Source: an uncultured Acidobacteriota bacterium
GTDB lineage: Bacteria > Acidobacteriota > Blastocatellia > Pyrinomonadales > Pyrinomonadaceae
Reading direction: 5' to 3'
Assembly: GCA_963711585.1 (NCBI GenBank)
Contig: CAVQEU010000002.1
Location: 175,711 to 239,710, forward strand
DNA: 64,000 bases
The notes below the pieces were generated by a model, which was not told the origin of the DNA, did no database searches, and saw only the letters and a program-made list of their open reading frames with translations. Both the position numbers and the translations under genes were made by a program. Each line of letters opens with the position of its first letter. Position 1 is the stretch's first letter. Positions 9,901 through 17,982 of this stretch are shown piece after piece.

Positions 9901-10652
9901 ACGCGGCGGAAGACGTGTTCGGCGACTCGCCGCTTAACGGCGTGGTGCAGAACCCGTATGACCGCTCCTCTTTGAACTCCATCTCGCCGAGCAGTCTCCC
10001 GAACTCGCTGGTCTTCAACTACATCATCGAGTTCCCGTTCGGGAAGGGCAAGCGGTTCCTGAACGAAGGCGGCTTCGTTGACCGGCTGGTCGGCGGCTGG
10101 CAGTTAACAGGCATCCACCGCTACCGCAGCGGCCCTGCGCTCGTGCCGTTCATCGCGGGCGGGCAGCGAGACTTCCTGACGCTCGTCGGCTTTGGCGGTA
10201 ACCTGCGGCCTAATTTCACAGGGGCAGACTTCTACACCGGCAACCCTGCGACGGGCACGGAGTATCGTTACCTGAACCCGGCAGCGTTCGCGCGCCCGCC
10301 GGATTACCGCACCGCGCCGCCGATCTCGCTCGACAACGGCGCAACCATCAACTCGGCTTATATAGCCTACTACGCGGACCCGACCCGGTTCTTCGGGACG
10401 GCCCAGCCGAGCACCAGCGAGTTGCGTGGGCAGCCCTTCTTCTCCGAGGACGTCAGCCTCATGAAGAAGACGCGCATCACTGAGACGACCTACTTCGAGA
10501 TTCGCATGGAGGTCTTCAATCTCTTCAACCGCGGGCGGTTCGGTCTGCCCAACGTCAATATAGACGATATCAACGGCCTCGGTCTCTCGACCCGCAACGG
10601 CGACATCTTCCAGCCGCGCCGCATTCAGGTCGGCGGACGGTTTGTCTTCTAG
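6903..10652 (+). CDS. TonB-dependent receptor with N-terminal carboxypeptidase-regulatory-like domain
   Basis: ATG 6903 follows AAGGGAG. Signal peptide, then a CarboxypepD_reg-like segment (GAITGIIKDPNGAVVADAKITAVN..YQLTVEAPGFKT). Long beta-barrel ends in ..RRIQVGGRFVF (terminal aromatic). Confidence 0.9.
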   Translation: MKSKKFCALVALILTAVLAHSAAAQSDRGAITGIIKDPNGAVVADAKITAVNAESGEIREATTSGEGTFTIPQLVAAPYQLTVEAPGFKTSTVDDVRVGVQITRSVEITLEIGAVGETVTVSSEAAVINTDTPVQQLNVTEKQVRELPLLVAAESGGRSPLSFIFLDSSVTSVNGQTGGTSGSTGTNATNFRIAGGQGLGADILIDGAQTRRGENGTFFSEVAPGPNAFQEFTISTSQYSSEFGNSSGGVINFTIKSGGNDFHGEAYLFHINDALNSNIDRNRLLNREKPLDRQFDYGFSVSGPVFYPRFGEGTGNPLGTLRNRTFFFFNYGGYRTSQSETVDLTVPTLAMRQGDFSELLTDPYVLQFFGGPVQIYNPNQLPLQTDPTRPNFSPLGRDPIPGNRLDLYQGGALISAIGQNFVNLFPAPNQTGPLGSTVFRNYNTTTTATSQTDYYVTKLTHTITDRQLLNLSYTYRKLPSIKGGFPRFPQPFVADGVWDQLFKSYYARLQHDWTLSANLLNHFNAGFSRSDVSNRNFTFGEGQATDLGLAPGVTQNLGLPQVGFPGYGDPATSLDPRSAQSGGSTFFSNRVRDNSVHISDFVTYIRGRHSMKFGGETRIQQLNNAAHFDIGGRFNFRSNQTANTNDFNQGWPIASLLTGRTEFAFNSNQTIDPGLRFFSEAFFFQDDFKVTPKLTLNLGLRYDYGRPREESRGRYRAFDPDVPNPAAGGRLGAIVSADATAGGIQSEFPGFIEPDKSNFGPRFGFAYSVNDRTVVRGGYGIYYAPVIYNDFGNAGFLGYNPGQTVINGDLLSFVSLENFPLLPLPNLSDQAVGQLDTNMDYFNKNYKAGRTAQWSLDIQRELPWNFALQVGYIGSKGTRLKSNFNPVNKLPLEALQLGESLLRKRLVDVNPAERAFAAGLGFNLPTDPNAIYPGFNNAGGNLNGTVAQALRPFPQYGIINNRMESEGQSSYHALKVDLQRRFSQGIQFGLSYTKARLTGDAAEDVFGDSPLNGVVQNPYDRSSLNSISPSSLPNSLVFNYIIEFPFGKGKRFLNEGGFVDRLVGGWQLTGIHRYRSGPALVPFIAGGQRDFLTLVGFGGNLRPNFTGADFYTGNPATGTEYRYLNPAAFARPPDYRTAPPISLDNGATINSAYIAYYADPTRFFGTAQPSTSELRGQPFFSEDVSLMKKTRITETTYFEIRMEVFNLFNRGRFGLPNVNIDDINGLGLSTRNGDIFQPRRIQVGGRFVF

Positions 10653-10814
10653 GGCGCGAGTCTTGGCCTTCGTAGACGGGCGGCGCGGGATGAGTCTGAA
10701 CTGACTTTTCTCGCGCCGTTCGCTCTTCCGCAGCGGCTTTGCGCAATCGCAAGGAATGTGAGACGTTTTACCTGGCATGTCGCGCTCAAGTTTTAATGTG
10801 CGAAATTTTCTGGC

Positions 10815-12443
10815 GTGCGCCTTCCTGTGCGTCTTCGCCGCGTCGTTCTGTGCGGGCGCGCAGACCGTGCGGCGCCGCAGCAGGGGCAGCAACGCGCGGC
10901 GCGCGGAGGCGACGGCGCGGCCGAGAAGATCGTCGAGGAGGCCGTGGCCGCCTTCGACCGGGGCGACGAGAGCGCGGCCCGCACGCTCTTCACACGCGCG
11001 CTGCAACTCGACCCGAAGAACGTGACGGCGCACACCTACCTGGGCATCATGAGCGACCGCGCGGGCGAGTTGAAAGAGGCCGAGCGACACTTCGCGGCCG
11101 CGGCCATCAGCGCGCCGCTGCTGCCGTCGGCGCGCAACAATCACGGCGCGATCCTGCTGCGCCTCGGGCGCGTCCAGGAGGCGGTCAAGCAGTTCGAGAC
11201 CTCGCTCAAACTGGACCGGAATCAGCCGAGCGCGCTCGTCAACCTCGCGCAGATTCGTTTTGAGCAAGGAACGCCGGAGAGCCTGCGCTCCGCGCTCGAT
11301 CTGTTCACGCGCGCGCAAACGTTAGAGCCGGACGCGGGCGTCGCGCGCGCACTCGTCGTCATCGCGCTCAGGCTGAATGACCGCGCGGCCGCCTCCGCGA
11401 GCTACCGCGACTACGCGGCGCGTCTGGCCGCGGGCGCGGGGCCGGAAGCAGCGGGCGCGGCGGCGCGCGCGGACCTCGGCGGCGCGCTCCTCGAAGCGGA
11501 ACTTTTCACGGAGGCGGCCGAGGAGTTGAAGGCCGCCACAGCGGCGGACCCGTCGAACGTGGACGCCATCGTGCGCTTGGGGCGCGCCTACGTCGCGCTC
11601 AAGGATTTGCCCGCGGCCGGGCGCACGCTCGAAGGCGCGCTCGCGCGCGGGCTTGAAGCCGCGCCCATCTACGCGCTACTCGCTTCGGTCTACGAGAGGA
11701 GCGGGCACATAGAGAACGCCATCCCGGCCATGCGGCTCGCCATCACGCGCGACCCGCAGCGCGAAGAGTACCGCTTCAGGTACGGGATGCTTTTGACGAA
11801 CGTGCTCGCGCCGGGCGCGGCCGTGATACGGCTCGAAGAAGCGCTCAAATCGTTTCCAAACTCCGCGCGCCTGTGGTTCGCGCTCGGGGTGGCACAGTTT
11901 CGTTGGAGCAAGAACGACGACGCCGCGAAGGCGTTCACGCGCGCCGTTGAGCTGGACGCGAAGTTCGCCCCGGCCTACGCGTATCTGGGCATGACCTTCG
12001 TCGAATTGGGCCGGTACGACGAGGCTGTCAAGCTCTACGAGCGTGCGCTCGCGGCCGACGAGAAGCTGGGCGTCGTCCACCACCTGATCGCGGACGTGCT
12101 GTTGAGGAGGCAGGACGCGGACTTGGCCCTAATAGAGTCGCACCTGACGCGTGCCGTCAAGATGGACGAGACGTTCGCGCCGGCCCGGCTCGCCCTGGCG
12201 AAAGTCTATATCCGCACGAACCGCTACGCGGAGGCGGCGGCCGCCCTTGAGCGCGTCGTCAGCGTTGACCCGAAGCTCGCCGAAGGCTATTACCACCTGG
12301 GCCGCGCCTACCTGCGGTTGGGCCGCAAGGCCGAGGGGCAAGCCGCGCTCGAAAAATTCAAGCTGCTCAGCGAGGAGCAGAAAGAGCAGGCGCAGAACGA
12401 GCGGCGCGAGATCGTGCGCCGCCTGGCGAACGTCCTTTTTTAA
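10815..12443 (+). CDS. TPR-repeat protein (5' end uncertain; signal peptide is encoded in another frame from ATG 10777)
   Basis: TPR units run throughout (AHTYLGIMS.., APAYAYLGMTF.., AEGYYHLGRAY..). The first ~35 codons of the track ORF are Arg-rich nonsense. See the finding. Confidence 0.7.
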   Translation: MRLPVRLRRVVLCGRADRAAPQQGQQRAARGGDGAAEKIVEEAVAAFDRGDESAARTLFTRALQLDPKNVTAHTYLGIMSDRAGELKEAERHFAAAAISAPLLPSARNNHGAILLRLGRVQEAVKQFETSLKLDRNQPSALVNLAQIRFEQGTPESLRSALDLFTRAQTLEPDAGVARALVVIALRLNDRAAASASYRDYAARLAAGAGPEAAGAAARADLGGALLEAELFTEAAEELKAATAADPSNVDAIVRLGRAYVALKDLPAAGRTLEGALARGLEAAPIYALLASVYERSGHIENAIPAMRLAITRDPQREEYRFRYGMLLTNVLAPGAAVIRLEEALKSFPNSARLWFALGVAQFRWSKNDDAAKAFTRAVELDAKFAPAYAYLGMTFVELGRYDEAVKLYERALAADEKLGVVHHLIADVLLRRQDADLALIESHLTRAVKMDETFAPARLALAKVYIRTNRYAEAAAALERVVSVDPKLAEGYYHLGRAYLRLGRKAEGQAALEKFKLLSEEQKEQAQNERREIVRRLANVLF

Positions 12444-12444
12444 A

Positions 12445-12533
12445 AGGGATGAGGGATGAGGGATGAGGGATGAAGGAAAGAAAGAAGGTTCTTAGTTTTT
12501 ATTCATCCCTCCGCCCTCCGCCCTCATCCCTCC
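12445..12533. repeat. Family B heptamer-arm hairpin (copy B1)
   Basis: Left arm is 4 x AGGGATG (12445-12472). Right arm is ttcatccc tccgccc tccgccc tcatccc (degenerate). It starts 1 nt after TAA 12441-12443. Confidence 0.85.
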
Positions 12534-12534
12534 G

Positions 12535-12566
12535 CTGACCCGCCCGCTACCGCAGGCGGTACTGAC
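12535..12566. repeat. Family C repeat, single arm (copy C1)
   Basis: ctgacccgcccgctaccgcaggcggtactgac is identical to the right arm of C2 at 19068-19094. Confidence 0.8.
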
Positions 12567-12593
12567 TTTCTCATCCACGGGAGGTGTGTTCTC

Positions 12594-13307
12594 TTGTCAA
12601 ATCTTTCATCACGAATCTGCCGGGCGGCGCTCGCCGTCCTCTGCCTCTCCCTCTTCGTCGTGTGCGCGAGCGCGCAGGATGCGCAGCCCACGCCCGCGCA
12701 GCCTGCGCAGCAGGGCGGCCCGCAGTTGAATGAGTGGGGCGACACCTTCGACGGCAACAAGCTGGACGAGGCGAAGTGGGAGCGGTTCACGTTCGAGGGC
12801 GGGAGCGGCGGAAAGTTCGAGATCAAGGACGGCCAACTGCGTATGCGCAGCATCCCGGACTCGCGCGCGGGCGTGCGCAGCCGCCAGGAGTTTTCGGGCG
12901 AGCGCTTCATCGTCGAGGCGACCGTTGCCAAAGCCGGCGTGATGATGCCGAAACCAGATGAGGCCGGCGGCGGCCGCCCCGGCAACGCCGTTCTCGCGGT
13001 GCTCTTTGACAGCTCCGGCCGCAACCGTGTCGAGTGGCTCCTGACGAGCGAGGGCATCTTCGAGGCGTGGGTGATAACGGACGGCAGGAGCGAGCGGATT
13101 GATAACCGCAAGCTCGGCACGAAGGCCGCCAACCCCACCATCAGCATCGCGCGTAAGGGCGACGAATACTTCTTTGCTTTGAACGGTCAGGTCGGGCTGC
13201 AACGGAACATCAGGAGTCTGCCGAGCGCTTTTCGCGTCATGCTCTACGGCTTCAGCACGTCCGAGAATAACTGGGACTCCGTGCGCGTGGTGACGGTCAA
13301 GCAGTGA
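12594..13307 (+). CDS. secreted concanavalin-A-like lectin/glucanase-fold protein
   Basis: TTG start follows GGGAGG. Signal peptide present. FDGNKLDEAKW motif is typical of LamG/GH16-like modules. The fold assignment is from memory. Confidence 0.55.
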   Translation: MSNLSSRICRAALAVLCLSLFVVCASAQDAQPTPAQPAQQGGPQLNEWGDTFDGNKLDEAKWERFTFEGGSGGKFEIKDGQLRMRSIPDSRAGVRSRQEFSGERFIVEATVAKAGVMMPKPDEAGGGRPGNAVLAVLFDSSGRNRVEWLLTSEGIFEAWVITDGRSERIDNRKLGTKAANPTISIARKGDEYFFALNGQVGLQRNIRSLPSAFRVMLYGFSTSENNWDSVRVVTVKQ

Positions 13308-13365
13308 GAGCGCCTGAGAACAGTCGCGGCAAGTGTCGCCAGCACGGATACGGGAAAACCAAACG

Positions 13366-15436
13366 ATGATTCCGTCGGCTAAACAGCGGCGCGCCCGCTT
13401 CCATTTTCTGCTCGCCGCGCTGCTCGTCTTCTCTCTGTTTCCCCCCGCGCGCGCCCAAAGCGCCAAGCTTGAGCGCGCCCGTCAGATTCCTCCTGACGGG
13501 ACGGGCGCGCGCGTCAACGTAGACGCGCGCCGCGCAGAGGGGCGCATCAGCCCCTTGCTCTACGGCCACTTCCTTGAGTTCATGTACGAGGGCATCAAGG
13601 GCGGGCTGCACGCCGAGTTGATTCGCAACCGCAGTTTTGAAGAAGCGCCGAACGTGACGGGGCTCTCGCGCTACTGGGAGCGCTACCCGGACGACCGCAA
13701 CGACGACTACGGCCTGGCCTTCGCCTGGGACGCGGCCAATTCTTACCCACCCGCTAGAAAGAAGCTGGTCGAGCTTAAGGAGAAGGAGGCGGACGAGCAC
13801 GCCTTACGCGTCGAGGCGGGCGACGGCGTCATCAGCCGCCACGGCGTTTATCAATCACGCGTGCCCGTCCGCGCAGGTGTCGAATATCGCGGCTACCTGT
13901 GGATGAAGACGGCAAGCCTACGAAGGGCGCGTCACTGTCTCGCTCGAATCGGACGCGACCGAAGAGGTTTACAGTGAGGCCGACATCAGAAATGTTAGCG
14001 GCGACTGGCGCAAGTACGAGTTCACCTTGAGGCCGACGAAGACGGACAGGCTCGCCAAATTTTCCATACTCTTCTACGGGCGCGGGCGCGTCTTCGTTGA
14101 CCAGGTCTCGCTCATGCCAGTGGACGCGGCCGCTGGCGGCGTGCGCCGCGACGTGTTCGAGCAGGTGAAGGCGCTTCGTCCCGCCTTCCTGCGCTGGCCC
14201 GGCGGCAACGTCGCGCAGGACTACCGCTGGCTCTGGGGCGTCGGCCCGCGCGACGAGCGCGTCACCTGGGCCAATCTTTCGTGGAAGAACGAGCCGGAGC
14301 CGTCTGACTTCGGCACGGACGAGTACGTCCAGTTCGCGCGCGCCGTCGGCGCGGAGCCGACCATCACGGTCAACGTCGAGGGGCGCGGGGCTGACGTGGA
14401 AGAGGCCGCCGCGTGGGTCGAATACTGCAACGGCCCCGTCACTTCCAAGTATGGCGCGATGCGAGCGCGCAACGGACACCCGGAGCCTTACAACATCAAG
14501 CTCTGGGAGATCGGCAACGAAATCTGGGGCAACTGGGTGCGCGGCCACTCGACGGCAGAAACCTACGCGCGCAACTACAACCGCTACGTCCGCGCCATGC
14601 GCGCCGTAGATTCTTCCATCAAGTTCATAGCCGTCGGCGACAACGACATGAACTGGAACCGCGCGGTGCTCAAAATCGCCGGCCCGCAGATTGACTACCT
14701 CGCGATTCATCACTACTACAGCCGCAACGACCTCGGCGGCGACGACCTCAACCTGATGGCGCGCCCGCTTCACTACGAGAGGTTCTACAAACAGGTCGAG
14801 CAGTTGATTCGCGAGCAGGTGCCGGGCAAACAGATTCGGCTGGCGATTAACGAGTGGGGCTTAGACCTGCCCGTCGAGCGGCAGTATTCGATGGACTCCG
14901 CCGTCTACGGCGCGCGGCTGATGAACGTCTTCGAGCGCCAGGGCGACCTCGTAGAGATGAACGCCGTCTCGGACCTGGTCAACGGCTGGCCCGGCGGCAT
15001 CATACAGGCGAACCGCCACAGCGTTTTCGTCTCGCCGCTTTACCGCGTCATCAAGCTCTACAACGAGCGCCGGGGCGACGAGCGGTTGGGCGTGAGCGTG
15101 GAGGGGCGGACCTACGACACGACGCGCGAGGGAAAAGGGGTCGCGGCCCTGGACGCCGTCGCCAGCCGCTCGGCCGACGGCCGGAAGATTTACATCAAGC
15201 TCGTCAACACAGACCGGCAGCGCCCGCTCGAAACGTCAATCGAAGTCGCGGGCGCGCGCGTCGCAGGCACGGGCCTGATCGAGACGATCACGACGCACAC
15301 GCCCGCGCGCATGAACAGCTTTCAAACGCCCAACGCGATTGACGTGCGCGGCCGGCAACTGAACGTCGGGACGGGCAGCTTTACAGTCCTCCTCCCGAAA
15401 CAGTCTGTCTCGGTGATAACGTTGAGCATCAGGTAA
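13366..15436 (+). pseudogene. GH51 alpha-L-arabinofuranosidase, interrupted by a +1 frame change near 13915-13921
   Basis: The N-terminal part (frame of 13333) has RISPLLYGHFLEFMYEGI..ELIRNRSFEE. The catalytic part (frame of 14027) has FLRWPGGNVAQDY..LWEIGNEIWG. Frames join as ..WMKTAS/YEGRVTVSLES. Confidence 0.8.
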
Positions 15437-15448
15437 GATTGAAACGCG

Positions 15449-15548
15449 TCAACCCTTTGCGTCTTACGTTTTAACTTTGCGCCTTTGCGTGAAACAGCCG
15501 TTTCTCGCAAAGGCGCAAAGTAAAAACTAAAGGCGCAAAGGGGTTGAG
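15449..15548. repeat. Family A octamer-arm hairpin, long nested variant (copy A2)
   Basis: Outer arms are caaccctttgcg.. / ..gcgcaaaggggttg. Inner arms are ctttgcgcctttgcg / cgcaaaggcgcaaag. Tail motif cttgagttttgaaat is at ~15564-15578. Confidence 0.85.
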
Positions 15549-15601
15549 CCGTCATGCATGTAGCTTGAGTTTTGAAATGGATTCTTGACAGGCGGGTGGT
15601 T

Positions 15602-15751
15602 ATGCGGAAGAGACAAATTACGATGGAGGACGGGCGCTACCTGATTTTCTACACGTTCGAGGACGCGCCGCCTCCTGCCGAAGAGAAACACGTGGCAGAC
15701 GCCCGAGAGCCCGATGCCGAGCCTGAGGCCGAGGAGGAGCGAAGTGTCTGA
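15602..15751 (+). CDS. 49-aa upstream ORF encoding a GalT-type N-terminal segment (possibly the frameshifted 5' end of galT)
   Basis: MRKRQITMEDGRYLIFYTFED.. ends in GTGTCTGA, overlapping the galT GTG at 15744. It is below the ORF-track size cutoff. Confidence 0.35.
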   Translation: MRKRQITMEDGRYLIFYTFEDAPPPAEEKHVADAREPDAEPEAEEERSV

Positions 15752-16742
15752 GCTGCGCTGGAACCCTTTGCTCGGCGAGTGGGTGGCGACGGCCACGCAC
15801 AGGCAGGAGCGCACGTTCCTGCCGCCCGCAGACTTCTGCCCCCTTTGTCCGACGAAGCCGGGCGGCTTCCCGACGGAAGTCCCCGAGCCCGACTACGACA
15901 TTGCCGTCTTCGAGAACCGTTTCCCCAGTCTGCGGCCAGACCCGCCGCCGCCCGCCGTCGAAGGCACGGAGCTTTACCCCGTCAGGCCCGGCCAGGGCGT
16001 CTGCGAAGTCGTCCTCTACACGCCGCACCACAAGGCAACTCTGGCGGACGAACCCGTCGAGCAGATTCACAAGCTCGTGCAGGTCTGGACCGACCGCTTC
16101 CGCGCGCTCGAAGCGCTCGACTTCGTCGAATACGTCTTCATCTTCGAAAACAAGGGCGAGGCCATAGGCGTCACCTTACACCACCCGCACGGGCAGATTT
16201 ACGCCTACCCGTTTATCCCGCCGCGCGTCGCCACCGAGTTGGAGCAGACGCGCGCGCACCACCTGAAGACCGGGCGCTGTCTCCTCTGCGATATTGTTGG
16301 TGAAGAGAAGAGAGACGGCCGTCGCATAGTCGCGGAGAACAATTCTTTCGTCGCCTTCATCCCGTTCTCCGCGCGCTATCCTTACGAGGTGCACATCTGC
16401 TCGTCGCGCCACCTGCAAGCCTTAACCGACATGAGCGACGAGGAGGGGCGCGATTTGGCCTCCATGCTCAAGACGATCCTCGTGGCCTACGACCGCCTGT
16501 TCAATTTGTCGTTCCCCTACATGATGGTCCTGCACCAGCGGCCGTCTGACGGCGGCGGCTACGAGCACTACCATTTCCACATAGAGTTTTACCCGCCGCT
16601 GAGGACGGCGACCAAGCTCAAGTACCTCGCCGGGAGCGAGACCGGCGCGGGGCTTTTTATCAACGACACGCTGGCCGAGGAGAAGGCCGTCGAGTTGCGC
16701 GAGCGCGTCACGCCCGTAATCTGGGGCGGCGAGAAAGGGTAA
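15744..16742 (+). CDS. galT: galactose-1-phosphate uridylyltransferase
   Basis: GTG 15744 follows GAGGAGGAG. CPLCP zinc motif, FENRFPS, and active-site HPHGQIYAYPF are present. Confidence 0.9.
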   Translation: MSELRWNPLLGEWVATATHRQERTFLPPADFCPLCPTKPGGFPTEVPEPDYDIAVFENRFPSLRPDPPPPAVEGTELYPVRPGQGVCEVVLYTPHHKATLADEPVEQIHKLVQVWTDRFRALEALDFVEYVFIFENKGEAIGVTLHHPHGQIYAYPFIPPRVATELEQTRAHHLKTGRCLLCDIVGEEKRDGRRIVAENNSFVAFIPFSARYPYEVHICSSRHLQALTDMSDEEGRDLASMLKTILVAYDRLFNLSFPYMMVLHQRPSDGGGYEHYHFHIEFYPPLRTATKLKYLAGSETGAGLFINDTLAEEKAVELRERVTPVIWGGEKG

Positions 16743-16751
16743 AGAGTAAGA

Positions 16752-17918
16752 TTGGTCGAGCGGGAAGTTCTGCGCCAGGCTTTTGTCCAGACTTACGGGC
16801 GAGCGCCCCGTCTGTTTCGCGCGCCCGGCCGAGTCAACCTGATCGGCGAGCACACGGACTACAACGACGGCTTCGTCCTGCCGATGGCGATTGACCGCGA
16901 GACGGTCGTCGCCGCCGCAGTGCGCGACGACCGGCATGTACGCGCCTTCTCGCTGAACCTGAACGAGGGGGCCGAGTTTGACCTGGACAATCCGGGGCCG
17001 CCGCGGCGCGGCCTCTGGCTCGACTACGTGGAGGGGGTGGCGCAGGCGCTTCTGCGGACGGGCGCGCAACTCAAGGGCGCGGACCTGATGATCTCTTCGG
17101 ACGTGCCGTCGGGCGCGGGTCTCTCCTCCTCGGCCGCGCTCGAAATCTCCACGGGCTTCGCGCTCCTGAGCGTTTCCGGGTTAGAGGTTGACCGGGTCCG
17201 GCTCGCGCTCGCCGGACAGCGCGCCGAGCACGAGTACGCGGGGGCCATGGTCGGCATCATGGACCAGTTCGTCGCCGCGCTGGGCCGCAAAGGGCATGCG
17301 CTCCTGATTGATTGCCGCAGCCTGGAACACACGCCCGTCCCGCTCGACACGACCCGCGTGGCCGTCGTCATCTGCGACTCGCGCGTCAAGCACGAGCTTT
17401 CCGACTCTGAGTACAACGTGCGCCGCGCAGAGTGCGAGCGCGGCGTAGAGCTTCTGGGAAAAGTCCTGCCGGGGATCCGTGCCCTGCGCGACGTGACGGT
17501 CGAAGACTTCGAGCGGCATGAGACAGTTCTGCCGGAGCCTATCAGGAGGCGCTGCCGCCACGTCGTCACGGAGAACGACCGCACGCTGCGCGCGGTTAAG
17601 GCGCTTCGCCGCAACGACCTGGAAGAGACGGGCCGCCTGATGAAGTGCTCGCACCGCTCCTTGCGCGACGACTACGAAGTCAGTTGCGCCGAGTTGGATT
17701 TGCTGGTCGAGATAGCAGGCGGCTTCTCGGCGTGCCTGGGCGCGCGCATGACCGGCGGCGGCTTCGGCGGCTCGACCGTCAACCTCGTGCGCCGCGACGC
17801 CCTCCCCGAATTTCAGTCGCTCATCAGCACGGAGTACCAACGAGCGACCAACACCGCCCCGAACATCTACGTCTCGGACGCGGGCGACGGAGCAAAGGAG
17901 GTAAGGGATGAGGGATGA
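16752..17918 (+). CDS. galK: galactokinase
   Basis: GRVNLIGEHTDYNDG signature plus the GAGLSSSAALE GHMP motif. The TGA stop lies inside repeat B2. Confidence 0.92.
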   Translation: MVEREVLRQAFVQTYGRAPRLFRAPGRVNLIGEHTDYNDGFVLPMAIDRETVVAAAVRDDRHVRAFSLNLNEGAEFDLDNPGPPRRGLWLDYVEGVAQALLRTGAQLKGADLMISSDVPSGAGLSSSAALEISTGFALLSVSGLEVDRVRLALAGQRAEHEYAGAMVGIMDQFVAALGRKGHALLIDCRSLEHTPVPLDTTRVAVVICDSRVKHELSDSEYNVRRAECERGVELLGKVLPGIRALRDVTVEDFERHETVLPEPIRRRCRHVVTENDRTLRAVKALRRNDLEETGRLMKCSHRSLRDDYEVSCAELDLLVEIAGGFSACLGARMTGGGFGGSTVNLVRRDALPEFQSLISTEYQRATNTAPNIYVSDAGDGAKEVRDEG

Positions 17919-17982
17919 GGGATGAGGGATGAAGGAAAAGCGTTTGCCTTTCTTCATCCCTCATCCCTCATCCCTCATCCCT
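17904..17982. repeat. Family B heptamer-arm hairpin (copy B2, near perfect)
   Basis: 4 x AGGGATG (17904-17931), a loop containing aaaagcgtttgcc, then 4 x CATCCCT (17955-17982). Confidence 0.9.

Noticed and set aside
10104-11318. 404-aa minus-strand ORF spanning the TBDR 3' end and the TPR gene 5' end
   Set aside because: It crosses an intergenic region and two supported genes, and its composition is Arg/Ala-rich. It is not coding.
12445-12533. Tandem short repeats considered as a possible CRISPR array (also at 17904 and 45570)
   Set aside because: The units are 7 nt with no spacers, and each locus is one hairpin. No cas genes are present. These are not CRISPR arrays.
15585-15590. TTGACA (cttgacagg, the same 9-mer as at 4871 and 6623) as the galT promoter -35
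   Set aside because: No acceptable -10 at 16-19 nt spacing, and ATG 15602 follows after only 11 nt. The match is likely coincidental or part of the repeat tail.
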